From the NCBI GenBank assembly GCA_963663035.1, contig OY760074.1:2400001-2464000 (forward strand): a stretch of DNA of 64,000 nt. Direction: 5' to 3'. Shown in pieces: positions 18,881 to 28,208 of the stretch; the first letter of the stretch is position 1, and every line of letters begins with the position of its first letter. Position numbers and translations under genes: made by a program. The DNA is from Acidobacteriota bacterium (GTDB lineage: Bacteria > Acidobacteriota > UBA6911 > RPQK01 > JADFOI01). Below the pieces are notes generated by a model. That model worked only from the letters and a program-made list of their open reading frames with translations, did not search any database and was not told where the DNA came from.

Positions 18881-19471
18881 ATGTCTGCAGAAATCAGCCA
18901 AAGCGTGCTTGAGGAGACGGTCAGAAGGGCTCAAACTGGCTCTTCCGAAGATTTCCACAAGCTCTACGACCTTTTCTCAAAGCCGATTTACAACTTTATC
19001 TGGCGGTTAATCGGTTCCACTCACGACGCGGAAGACCTGACTCAGGAAACGTTCTTGAAGGTCCACCGAGAGATAAAGAACCTTCGACAGCCAGGACAGT
19101 TTAAGTTTTGGCTGTACCGGATCGCGCGAAATGAAGTTTATCAGAAGCTGCGGCGCTCAAAGAGGGCATCCGAGGTCTTGCTGGACCACAAAAGCATCGA
19201 TTACTTTGACTTTATTCCCCATGGGTCGCCTGACATCAATCCTGAGAAGCGGGCACTCTCTCAGGAGCTCAATAAGGTCATCGATCGGACATTGAAAGCC
19301 ATGTCGCCTAAATATCGTGACGTCTTCGTGCTGGCAGTCTTCCATAAGATGAGCTACGAAGACATTACCCTGATCGTCGACCGGTCACTGCTCTCCGTCA
19401 AGACGGATATCTATCGAGCACGCCTCACCGTCAAAGATGCCTTGAATGAGTACTTGGGGGAAAGAAGCTAG
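18881..19471 (+). CDS. ECF RNA polymerase sigma factor
   Basis: DAEDLTQETFLK, FKFWLYRIARN and region 4 SVKTDIYRAR. Confidence 0.93.
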   Translation: MSAEISQSVLEETVRRAQTGSSEDFHKLYDLFSKPIYNFIWRLIGSTHDAEDLTQETFLKVHREIKNLRQPGQFKFWLYRIARNEVYQKLRRSKRASEVLLDHKSIDYFDFIPHGSPDINPEKRALSQELNKVIDRTLKAMSPKYRDVFVLAVFHKMSYEDITLIVDRSLLSVKTDIYRARLTVKDALNEYLGERS

Positions 19472-19485
19472 AGGAGGAGGGAGTT

Positions 19486-19776
19486 ATGGATTGTGACGAG
19501 GTAAGGGTTCAGATTTCCGATCTTGTGGATGATGACCAGGAATTTCAACAGGCTAAGGTCATTCACGATCACCTGGCATCGTGCTCCCCTTGTACTCAAT
19601 TCTATGAGGAAAAATTAAAGGTGGCCAGCTTGCTGAAAGAAGCAGAGAATTTCCAGCTGGAGCCACCGCCCGCAATCTGGCAAATGATTGACTCCAAGAT
19701 CAGCAACAAGCCAAACACATCCCCTAAGAGAGACAGCCTTCAGAATCAGGGGAGTCCCGAAGAGACGAGCGATTAG
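19486..19776 (+). CDS. Zinc-finger (zf-HC2/ZAS) anti-sigma factor, no TM segment
   Basis: MDC...HDHLASCSPC (HxxxCxxC) directly after the ECF sigma. Confidence 0.85.
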   Translation: MDCDEVRVQISDLVDDDQEFQQAKVIHDHLASCSPCTQFYEEKLKVASLLKEAENFQLEPPPAIWQMIDSKISNKPNTSPKRDSLQNQGSPEETSD

Positions 19777-19810
19777 ATTCTAACTTCTGGATTCTGGATT
19801 CCCTCCGACC

Positions 19811-22117
19811 TTACTGCCCTTCCTGCTCCTGCGCTCTGCGCTCCTGGATCAACTCGGTTTCTTCCGCTTCTTTTCGGTTGATGAAATCGTATGAATTGCG
19901 GAGCGCCCTTTTGAAGTCCTGGGTCAGTTCCGTAGCGGTGGGCAGATTGCGGATGACGTGGGGGGTGATGAAGAAAATCAGCTCCGCTCGTCGCTTGTTG
20001 CGGGTTGTCTGTCCAAAGAGAGCACCCAGAATCGGTATATCCCCCAAAATGGGAACGCGATTGCGCGCCTCATCAAATTGGTCGCTGATAATACCGGCAA
20101 GGGCCACCGTCTGACCATCGCGGACAATTAAGGATGTGGTAATGAAATTCCGGTTGATGGTGGGCGTCAGTGACGCTCCGGTGGCTGAGCTGACTTCAAT
20201 CGCCAGGTCCATAGTCACGATCCCACTGGCGCTGATTCTGGGCATGATCAGAAGGGTCACACCGGTAGGCCGGAATTGAATCGAGTTGACGAAATTAGTT
20301 GAGGACCCGGCCTGCAGCGGATCTCCAAAAGATGCCGTTGTGACCGGCACCTCGGCACCAATGTTGATCTGTGCCTGGACTCCATCCAGAGCCAGGATCC
20401 GCGGTGCTTCCAGAAGTTCGACTTTGGTCACCGCACTGAGGGCGGTAATGATCCCTGTTATCTGCCGCTCTGAGCCCAGGAATGCCCGACTGCCGAGCGT
20501 AAAGGCGCCTTCCGAGGAGATCGACCCTATGGTGGCGGGACCAGGGTCCTCCGCTCTCGCTTCCAGGAAAGCCGACACACCAAAACTGAGGTCATCGCGA
20601 AGCTCTACCGAATACATCTTGGCCTCGATGAGAACCTGCCGGGGAAGGACATCCAACTGCCTGATGGTCTGGAGAAGAAACTGATACTCCGCTTCAGTGC
20701 CCTGGATGATCAGTGAGTTGTTGAACTCATTGACGATAATCTTGATGTTTCCGCTCACCACTGCTCGAATATTGGACTGACTCGACATGGGCCGACCACT
20801 CAGAGAAGGTCCTAAATCAGCGCTTCGATATGCTCCCTGAAGCTGTTGCTGAGTGGAGGGCACGAATCCCGCTTCACCGGCTCGACTGCCTGGTTGTAGG
20901 GATTGACCTTCCTGGACTCCTCCTTCAGCCAAAGCTGAAAGACCGGCACCATCCTCGTACAACTGGGACAGAATGCTGGCAATATTGGTGGCGGTATTGT
21001 TTTCAACCAGGTAGACGAAGGTCTTGATGTTGGTACCGGAGGAAGGTATATCCAGTTTCTCGATCCACCTTTGCACTTCCTGGAAAACATCGGGCGAACG
21101 AGTCACCACCAGGATGCTGTTCAACCTTTCGATGGTGACAAGACGCACCCCGGCGGGGGCGCCGGGAACGAAGATGTGGCCAAGATCCGCAGCCACATCC
21201 CCCGCCTGGTTAAAGCGGATGGGAACCAGATCCACGGTCGTAATATCGAAGTACTCGGTATCCAGTAGCTCAATCAGCTTGAGAGCCTGCTGTACGTTTT
21301 GCCGGAAGTCGGTGACAATGAGAATATTGGCAGAAGCATAATTGATGACGCTTGCCCCATTGGAGATAAAGGGCGTAATCATGGTTATCATCTCGCTGGT
21401 AGGGATGTGGTGCAGGGTAATGACGTAGGTCAGGACGCCTTCCTCCTGCAGTTCTCCCGGGCCCGGTTCCTGCGGAGAGCTCAGTGTGGACACCACCGGC
21501 TCCGGTTCCGAGGACGCTTGCTGGGCCGGTTGTGGGGCGGGCTGCAGCTGGCTAGAGCCCGGTGCTACCGGAGGCTGAGCCGCCCCTTCCTGTGGCTCTG
21601 TAGTGACTTCGGGATTAACGATCACCTCATGGGGAATCTTCGTCGTCAGTGGGAGGGGTAAGATCACATACATTCCATCCTGCCTGACTATCCCATGCCC
21701 ATTCATTTGCAGCAGCTGTTCCAAGATCTCAAAGGCATTCTCCCTTGGAATCTCACCCATGGTATGAATGCTGGCCGTTCCCTGGACCCGTGGGTCGATG
21801 ATATAGGAGTATCCCAACTCCTCCATGACTGTCTCGATGAGGGTGGTGAGGGGAACGTTGTTGAAGCGGAAGACCAGGCCGTTTGAGGCAGGAGAGAGCA
21901 GAGGCTGAGAGGCTTGCACGGGAGGACTCTGGACCTCCTGGGCAGCTTCTTCTTCGAGGAGGCTCTCCTCCTCGGCTGATTCCAACTCCTCGGAAAGTTC
22001 TTCCTCTTCTGGAGGCTCTTGCTCTTGGGTGGAGATGACCGCAGCAAACAGGACACCAGGAACCTGAGCGGTGAGAAGAAAGATCAGGACAAGAAAAAAT
22101 GCTCGCATCATAATCAC
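19811..22117 (-). CDS. gspD: Type II secretion secretin GspD
   Basis: N domains; LDVLPRQVLIEA, APRILALDG and VPILGDIPILGALFG secretin motifs. Confidence 0.95.
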   Translation of the reverse strand: MIMMRAFFLVLIFLLTAQVPGVLFAAVISTQEQEPPEEEELSEELESAEEESLLEEEAAQEVQSPPVQASQPLLSPASNGLVFRFNNVPLTTLIETVMEELGYSYIIDPRVQGTASIHTMGEIPRENAFEILEQLLQMNGHGIVRQDGMYVILPLPLTTKIPHEVIVNPEVTTEPQEGAAQPPVAPGSSQLQPAPQPAQQASSEPEPVVSTLSSPQEPGPGELQEEGVLTYVITLHHIPTSEMITMITPFISNGASVINYASANILIVTDFRQNVQQALKLIELLDTEYFDITTVDLVPIRFNQAGDVAADLGHIFVPGAPAGVRLVTIERLNSILVVTRSPDVFQEVQRWIEKLDIPSSGTNIKTFVYLVENNTATNIASILSQLYEDGAGLSALAEGGVQEGQSLQPGSRAGEAGFVPSTQQQLQGAYRSADLGPSLSGRPMSSQSNIRAVVSGNIKIIVNEFNNSLIIQGTEAEYQFLLQTIRQLDVLPRQVLIEAKMYSVELRDDLSFGVSAFLEARAEDPGPATIGSISSEGAFTLGSRAFLGSERQITGIITALSAVTKVELLEAPRILALDGVQAQINIGAEVPVTTASFGDPLQAGSSTNFVNSIQFRPTGVTLLIMPRISASGIVTMDLAIEVSSATGASLTPTINRNFITTSLIVRDGQTVALAGIISDQFDEARNRVPILGDIPILGALFGQTTRNKRRAELIFFITPHVIRNLPTATELTQDFKRALRNSYDFINRKEAEETELIQERRAQEQEGQ

Positions 22118-22156
22118 TCTAAAAAGAACACATGTCAGTTCTCGAATTCCACACCC

Positions 22157-22885
22157 CTATCGGGTAGGCCTGGCAACCTGATTCTGCTCCCTCTGCGCAC
22201 CTCCTCCTTGACCGGACGGTGCGGAAACGACTGACACTTCAACACCTGAGTCCTCCTTCTGGCTGGCGGCTGTTGAAGTTGTCGTCTGCATGGCACTGGG
22301 AGCAGCACCCACCTTGATCACGTTCACTTTCTCTAAGCCGCGTCCTGCCGCACCCGGCGGATTGGTGGCATCGGCCATGTCTATGATCTCATTACGAGTT
22401 CCCCACCGCAGTCTCATGGTCGTCTCGCCGATCTCATCCACCCAGTAACCCTGTAACAGGTCTCCAACCACAACGCTTCGCAACTCTCCTTTTTTCGAGT
22501 TGCCCTCAAAAACAGTCACCACACCCTGCGCTTTCCTCCCCACGAAGGACACACCGTGGAGCATCGGCCTGGCTACCCACTTGGGCGCTTCCTCTTCGAC
22601 CTCGTTAGGATCCTGCCCCTCCACCTCCTCCACATCGTCTGGACGGCGACCTTCTGCAAAAAGGGTTCTCTCCGCAATGACCACAAACTGGGAGAAAGGC
22701 CCTGACTGATCTATTCGCTTCACTCCGGCTGGGCTTGAACTCCCCCCGGCCTGTTGAGCCCGGTCGACTATGCCCTCAAGATTGTTCGCCTCCTTGAAAC
22801 TGTTCCAGGCCGAGATGAACAGGGTGGCAAACATAATGACTACCGCCAGAATCAACAAATTGATAAAAACAACCCTTCGTTTCAT
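22157..22885 (-). CDS. Putative GspC/XpsC-like inner-membrane protein
   Basis: N-terminal TM, LF..GRRP motif, HR-like domain (L.GV...GD.L.G..V.EI); immediately before gspD. Confidence 0.65.
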   Translation of the reverse strand: MKRRVVFINLLILAVVIMFATLFISAWNSFKEANNLEGIVDRAQQAGGSSSPAGVKRIDQSGPFSQFVVIAERTLFAEGRRPDDVEEVEGQDPNEVEEEAPKWVARPMLHGVSFVGRKAQGVVTVFEGNSKKGELRSVVVGDLLQGYWVDEIGETTMRLRWGTRNEIIDMADATNPPGAAGRGLEKVNVIKVGAAPSAMQTTTSTAASQKEDSGVEVSVVSAPSGQGGGAQREQNQVARPTR

Positions 22886-22916
22886 TATTCTTTACCCTGT
22901 ATTGATGCCGATCAGC

Positions 22917-23474
22917 CTAAGAAAGCCGAATGAAACCGGAAACATTCATTCGAGGCTGAATGCGGACCTGGTTCTGGGAACGAAGGCTATTCAAGAAAAA
23001 ATTCTCTACCAGAAGAAACTTGCGGTGAGCTGAAAGAGCATACAGAAAACCTGTGAGCTCCGACATGTTGCTGCGCAGGTTGATCTGCAAGGTGATTTTG
23101 ACGTAGTTCTCACCCATCTGGCGCTCCTGCAGAGGATTGCTCCGGGTCACTTGAATGCCGTTCTCAGCCGCCAGAGAGCGGACTACCTCCTCCAGTTGAA
23201 CAGTGGCAATGCTGATGTCCCGGGCATCCATTAATCTCTGACGGTACCCATTCAGGACCCTGTCCAGTTGACCCAGCTCAACTTGAATGTTTCCCTCTTC
23301 CTGAATGACTTGAATGGATCGCTGCAAAAGCTCTTCTTTGTCCTCAAGCTCCCTTGCCACCTCACTCTTGGCAGTATAGAAGGGCAAGACCACACCAAAA
23401 CCCAGCAGCATGACAACTCCCACCACACCCAGGATTGTTATAGCTCTTTTGTCTCGCTGTGAAAGTTTTCTCAT
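22917..23474 (-). CDS. gspM: GspM/PilO-like protein
   Basis: LSQRDKR plus TM plus coiled coil plus ferredoxin-like C-terminus; gene order. Confidence 0.8.
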   Translation of the reverse strand: MRKLSQRDKRAITILGVVGVVMLLGFGVVLPFYTAKSEVARELEDKEELLQRSIQVIQEEGNIQVELGQLDRVLNGYRQRLMDARDISIATVQLEEVVRSLAAENGIQVTRSNPLQERQMGENYVKITLQINLRSNMSELTGFLYALSAHRKFLLVENFFLNSLRSQNQVRIQPRMNVSGFIRLS

Positions 23475-24895
23475 CTTGTGAGCTCGGCTGAAGCAGTTTC
23501 CCTGACAGTGGCCTCAAAACTGAATTTCTCCCGGTTCTGCATGGTCCGGTCAGGGGTGATATAACGCGACTCCACGGTTCCCAGGTATTGAGAATCGAGC
23601 AATGATTTCAAAAGCGCCGAAGCAGAAGCAGAAAAGCCGGTAAAACTCACCCGATCGCCCTGAACATTCAGGTTTTGAAGAAAAGAATCCTCGGGGATCA
23701 TCTCCGTCAACTCTTTCAGCACCAGAAGAACATTTTGCTGCCCAGTCATGAGATTCCGGAGTTCATCCAACTCAACCTGGCGTTCGTCCCTTTGACTCCT
23801 GACGGTCATTGTCTCATCCACCTGGCTTTGGAGTCCCTCGATTCGAGCTTCAACCTGGCCAAGAAGCTGGCTCTGCTGAATATACTCTCGGGTCGTGACA
23901 GCAAAACCCAGAATCACCAATAATCCTGCTAACAAAAGGGTCGTCACAAGGCTTGCCCGTTCGGCTATCACTCGCTTTTCCGGAGGGATGAGATTCAATT
24001 TGCTGGGCAGGGATTTACTGGTCCCCGAAATGGCAAGGCCGATGGCACCCAGCCAACCATTCAAATCGGAATTCTCTGAGTCCTCGTTTCTTTTCAGATT
24101 CAGCTTCTCAGACAGAAGCTCACAATCGCCAAATTTCTCTCGAAAGTCGTCCAGGAAATGATCTGCCAAAAGACCGCTCAGATAGATTTTCTCGAGCCCC
24201 TCAGCGGCCACTTCCAGAGAAGAGAAGTATCGCTCCAGTTCCTGGAGCAGTCTCTGAAAGGTCAAATCATCATTACTCAGAAGGACCTTCTCGGAAAGGA
24301 ACTTCTCGGGACCACCCACCAGAACAAACTCCACTCCCTCAAGCCCGAGATCCACCACCAAAGAGGGGTGTTTCTTGGGGTAAAGATCGTCATGAGCTGA
24401 AAAGAGATGAAACAGACCCGCACTGGAGACACGAACTGCGGCAGGATACAGGTTCAGTTCATGAAAAAGGTCCAGGCACTCGTCCAAAACAGGCCTGGGG
24501 ACCATAACCGTCTGAAGCAAGATCTTCTTTGCTTCTACATCTCTTTCCAAAACCATGTAGTCGCAATAAGATTGTCCCTCCTCGATCGGTTGAAACTTCT
24601 CCACTTGAAAGCGTACCACCTGGTCGAGATTCTCTCCCACCTCCAGCGGCAGCTCGATCTGCCGAACCACCACCCGATCTCGAGGTAAACCCAGAATGAC
24701 ATTCTCGCGGTCAAAACCGTTGGCTTCCCCAAATTCTTGAACCCGGGCGTAAAGATCCGCGAGGGGCAGTTCCCTATAGTGCTCCACCAGCTCACAATTT
24801 CTCAGAACATAGTTCTGCAAGCCTTTGGACACAGAGGCAAACACTAAACTGCCTCCTCGAATCTCAATTCCGACAGCAGAATCTAGGCTAAACAT
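23471..24895 (-). CDS. gspL: GspL-like protein (PilM-like cytoplasmic domain fused to a PilN-like domain)
   Basis: AVGIEI actin-like start, AIGLA, LNLIP motif, TM and PilN-like C-terminus. Confidence 0.8.
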   Translation of the reverse strand: MFSLDSAVGIEIRGGSLVFASVSKGLQNYVLRNCELVEHYRELPLADLYARVQEFGEANGFDRENVILGLPRDRVVVRQIELPLEVGENLDQVVRFQVEKFQPIEEGQSYCDYMVLERDVEAKKILLQTVMVPRPVLDECLDLFHELNLYPAAVRVSSAGLFHLFSAHDDLYPKKHPSLVVDLGLEGVEFVLVGGPEKFLSEKVLLSNDDLTFQRLLQELERYFSSLEVAAEGLEKIYLSGLLADHFLDDFREKFGDCELLSEKLNLKRNEDSENSDLNGWLGAIGLAISGTSKSLPSKLNLIPPEKRVIAERASLVTTLLLAGLLVILGFAVTTREYIQQSQLLGQVEARIEGLQSQVDETMTVRSQRDERQVELDELRNLMTGQQNVLLVLKELTEMIPEDSFLQNLNVQGDRVSFTGFSASASALLKSLLDSQYLGTVESRYITPDRTMQNREKFSFEATVRETASAELTR

Positions 24896-24920
24896 GGTCG
24901 TTCCTGGGTTCGTGCTCTAG

Positions 24921-25070
24921 AGCCCGGGTTATGCATAGGTTCTTGTCACGAAGCGACGAAAGCGCCGGCCTGACAAGGCGCGCGAGGGGTACCCGCTTGC
25001 GGGTCGCGCAACGCGGGCAGGGCGGATGATTTCGTCGCTGCAGTAGAGAACTTATGCATAACCCAGGCTA
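24921..25070. mobile_element. MITE family 1, copy C (internally deleted) between gspK and gspL
   Basis: AGCCCGGGTTATGCATA / TATGCATAACCCAGGCT ends; lacks the segment between the two GAGGGGTACCCGC repeats. Confidence 0.9.
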
Positions 25071-26063
25071 AAGCTCAATATTCGATTCATTCCAATAAAG
25101 TACGACGTAGCCTTTGGGGAACGTGGGATTAATTTGCACCACGCACCGGATACGGTTGACTACTTCTGAATCGGCCAGATGCCCATCACTCAGTAAAGTA
25201 TACACATTCGATCGGACTGTAGAGAGCAGCCTGCCCGCCTCAGTGGAGATCCCCGGGACTCTTTCCAGGACTTCCGTGACATTCAGAAAGGGAACCTCCA
25301 GTCTCATACCGTAGATGAGTTTCGCCGCCTCAAGGTCCAGTCCTGGAACGGCAGCCAATACAGGCACAGGCGCCGAATTGACATTGATCCGATTGATCCT
25401 GGCGAAGGTAGTAAAGTACTTCTGCAGACCGTAGTACTCGATTTGCTCTCCTGTCTCAGTCATTCCTTTGCGACCATAGTAAATTTCCGGCGTGATGCCT
25501 CGAACCAGGAGGAGCTCCTCTGGAACATCAAAAGGACCGTTCTTGGCAGAATAAGGCTCAGGAAGTGACTGATAATAATCACTTTCAGCACCGTTCAGTC
25601 GATGCAGCTCATCTCGATCCCTCCAATCTTCGATCGAATCCGTGATCATATCGGCCTCTTGTTCGTCGAGTCCCACTCCGATCAAGAGATTGTAGAGCAA
25701 ATAGTTGGGTGCTAGATTCACGTTGATTTTGCCAGTCTCTTCGATGATCTCGACACTGGCCTTTCCGCGCCCCATAGCCAACTCGACAAAACCGGTGAGA
25801 GCCGGGGGAAGAGACTGCAGACCTTCCTCACGTTGTCGCTGAATCTGAGCGAAAGCCGACTGAGATTCGATGACCTTGTAGATGGCATATTCAATGCCGG
25901 CACGCGAGAGGTAGTAGGACTCCTTCTGATCCACGACATTGCGGGCAGCATTGACTTCTGTGCGGATCGAAGCTGAGAAGGACACGGCTAACATGCTCAT
26001 GCCCACCATCACCCACAGTACGACAATGAGAACTACACCCGACTGTTGAGGATTTCGTTTCAT
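25068..26063 (-). CDS. gspK: Minor pseudopilin GspK
   Basis: QSG|VVLIVVLW, ETGKINVN, DWRD, GAESDYY and EELLLVRG motifs. Confidence 0.93.
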   Translation of the reverse strand: MKRNPQQSGVVLIVVLWVMVGMSMLAVSFSASIRTEVNAARNVVDQKESYYLSRAGIEYAIYKVIESQSAFAQIQRQREEGLQSLPPALTGFVELAMGRGKASVEIIEETGKINVNLAPNYLLYNLLIGVGLDEQEADMITDSIEDWRDRDELHRLNGAESDYYQSLPEPYSAKNGPFDVPEELLLVRGITPEIYYGRKGMTETGEQIEYYGLQKYFTTFARINRINVNSAPVPVLAAVPGLDLEAAKLIYGMRLEVPFLNVTEVLERVPGISTEAGRLLSTVRSNVYTLLSDGHLADSEVVNRIRCVVQINPTFPKGYVVLYWNESNIEL

Positions 26064-26064
26064 A

Positions 26065-26835
26065 CTAAAGACCTTGAGTGAATCGCTGCATTGCCTGGCG
26101 CAACTGACCTCCAGAGAAACTGGCATTGATGGGAACCAGGATATGGTTCTCGTCATAGTCAATCTTAATGGCTTGAGGAATAGCCAGCACCTCTTCTCCA
26201 ACCCAGGAATCAAACCATTGATAGCTCTCTGATTGAGAATCGTATCCGTAATATTGAAAGCGCAGATCTACAATATTCTCGATCAATGGGAGTGGTGGCT
26301 CTGAGGGAGGATTGACCATCGACATGAAGCTATCCAAGCCCAGGTAGCGGGCTTCCGTAATTCCCATATAGAAGTTCCCCTGTTCATCCTGGGCGAGTCC
26401 GTAGTGCACCAGGGTCAATCCAGGATTTTCATGCATCATCAAAGGTGCCACGGTGGCAAAGGTCATCGAATCTGAAGTTCCGGAGAAAAGAGGAATCTGC
26501 GCAAAAGCACGCGCCTGCTGCCCCCCCTGATCATTAACTTCCTGAAGCTCGAGAAAAGAGGCGGAAGGTTGAACAGGAAACAATGAACCGATCTGCCTTT
26601 TGATCTGATCCTGAAGCACTCTCTTTCGGGCCTCCACATCCAAGCGCTCCTGACTTTTTTCATAACTGCTCAGTCCCATCCGAAAGGAGGAAAACATGAG
26701 GCCAGCCATTAACCCCAAGATGGTAAACGCGATGATGAGCTCGAGGAGAGTGAAGCCGGGGGAAGCGGACGGCCTGACAGCTGACACCTGACAGCTGACA
26801 ATTGACCGCTGGGCCGCTGATGGCGCGTCCATCAA
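26065..26835 (-). CDS. gspJ: Minor pseudopilin GspJ
   Basis: G|FTLLE prepilin motif; gene order; leader contains translated heptamer repeats. Confidence 0.85.
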   Translation of the reverse strand: MMDAPSAAQRSIVSCQVSAVRPSASPGFTLLELIIAFTILGLMAGLMFSSFRMGLSSYEKSQERLDVEARKRVLQDQIKRQIGSLFPVQPSASFLELQEVNDQGGQQARAFAQIPLFSGTSDSMTFATVAPLMMHENPGLTLVHYGLAQDEQGNFYMGITEARYLGLDSFMSMVNPPSEPPLPLIENIVDLRFQYYGYDSQSESYQWFDSWVGEEVLAIPQAIKIDYDENHILVPINASFSGGQLRQAMQRFTQGL

Positions 26836-27314
26836 AAGTCCCTCCCAAAGAGTCGTCGAACCGCATCGGCAGGCGTCTGCAGTCGCCTGCCAGGTTCACT
26901 GGGAACGGTTTTCAAGCACATAATCCGGTAAAACTTGCCTCGGACATCGTTCTTGAAGTGCACATCCACCACCACGCTGAGTAACTGCACCGGCGGCTCG
27001 GTGACATCGATGGAAAAAGTCTCCTCAGGCTCTTCCCAATTATCCACCGCCGCCGTGTAGGCAAACTCTTCATCCAGATCGCCAGCCAGCTGAGTTGCGC
27101 CATTTATGCTCTCGTCACTGAGTATTTCATTCATGACATTTTCCGCATGATTCATGGCTCGGTGGGCCAGATCAATGCGGTGAATGTTCTTGAGTCCTCC
27201 CGAAAAGATCTGCATCACCACCCCTACGGTGAGTCCCAGAATCGCCAGCGCGACCACGATCTCTAAAAGCGTAAAGCCGCTTGAACGCTGACCAGAATTT
27301 TTAGCTATCAGCAT
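26832..27314 (-). CDS. gspI: Minor pseudopilin GspI
   Basis: SG|FTLLEIVVALAIL; likely start MLIAK. Confidence 0.85.
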   Translation of the reverse strand: MLIAKNSGQRSSGFTLLEIVVALAILGLTVGVVMQIFSGGLKNIHRIDLAHRAMNHAENVMNEILSDESINGATQLAGDLDEEFAYTAAVDNWEEPEETFSIDVTEPPVQLLSVVVDVHFKNDVRGKFYRIMCLKTVPSEPGRRLQTPADAVRRLFGRDF

Positions 27315-27795
27315 TTTCTTTGAGCACCCTCGGAAATCCGGTAATGGGGTCAACCCGGATTCGCATTGGCCGGCCGGTTTCGCGCCTTAAAGTAAAAAGT
27401 GCTCCGGAACTCCTCCCGTTCGCATAAAAACTAATCCTCACCGGAAATTCCTGCTCCTCTGTCTCCACTGAGACCCCTTCCGGCAAGAAGACCTTTTTGA
27501 TCTCCTGCTCGAACTCGTCGGCAAAGATGTAAGAATCGGGGACACCTTCATCTTCCTCTTGAACCAGGACAATTCGAAAAACCTTCTGTCTGGAAATGGC
27601 CTGAGATCGGGCGTGTCTCATGTGCGTGATCAAGTCCCGCCCGGCCGTTTGCAACTCCAGAGTTCTCAGCCCTCCTGAAAAGGAGGGCATGACAATGCCC
27701 ACCGCCAGAGCTACCACCATCAAAATAACCATCAACTCAAGGAGGCTGAAGCCCTGATTCGAACGAGCCTCACTCCCAGGAGTTAATATCAACAT
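27301..27795 (-). CDS. gspH: Minor pseudopilin GspH
   Basis: QG|FSLLELMV, ARSQAI, FYANGRSSG and VDPITG motifs. Confidence 0.88.
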   Translation of the reverse strand: MLILTPGSEARSNQGFSLLELMVILMVVALAVGIVMPSFSGGLRTLELQTAGRDLITHMRHARSQAISRQKVFRIVLVQEEDEGVPDSYIFADEFEQEIKKVFLPEGVSVETEEQEFPVRISFYANGRSSGALFTLRRETGRPMRIRVDPITGFPRVLKENADS

Positions 27796-28195
27796 CTTCC
27801 CCCTCACCGCCTTCCATTCCATCGGCGCCAAGACTCCAGAGGTCATAGCCTCCGTACTCACCGGGTGAACGGTACTGAAAATCCCGGCCCCATGTATCCT
27901 TGGGAACAGTGGTCTTGTCCAGGTAGGACCCACTCCAGTTTTCAATGCCCTGCTCTTCGACCAGTGCCTGCAAGCCCTGACCTGTACTGGGATAACGACC
28001 CACATCTAAACGAAACATGTCCAGTGCGTTCCCAAGTTGGTCAATCTGCAGCCTGGCCACCTGCACCTTGCTCTGGCCCAGACGGTTCCACAGTCTCGGC
28101 CCAACCACTCCCGCCAAAAGGCCAAGAATGACTAGGACCACTATTAACTCTATAAGGGAAAAGCCCCTCTGCCTTAACTTCTTTCTCTCTTCCAT
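27770..28195 (-). CDS. gspG: Major pseudopilin GspG
   Basis: G|FSLIE, ALDMFRLDVGRYPST, KDTWG and SLGADG..GGEGED.DI motifs. Confidence 0.97.
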   Translation of the reverse strand: MEERKKLRQRGFSLIELIVVLVILGLLAGVVGPRLWNRLGQSKVQVARLQIDQLGNALDMFRLDVGRYPSTGQGLQALVEEQGIENWSGSYLDKTTVPKDTWGRDFQYRSPGEYGGYDLWSLGADGMEGGEGEDVDINSWE

Positions 28196-28208
28196 ATTCT
28201 CTTCTCTC

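Noticed and set aside
18341-18881. Several overlapping 80-155 aa ORFs
   Set aside because: They are open frames through the GC-rich MITE family 2, with no protein motifs.
21440-22030. Glu/Pro/Gln-rich stretches in gspD as repeat insertions
   Set aside because: Low-complexity linkers are common in secretins and show no 7-nt periodicity.
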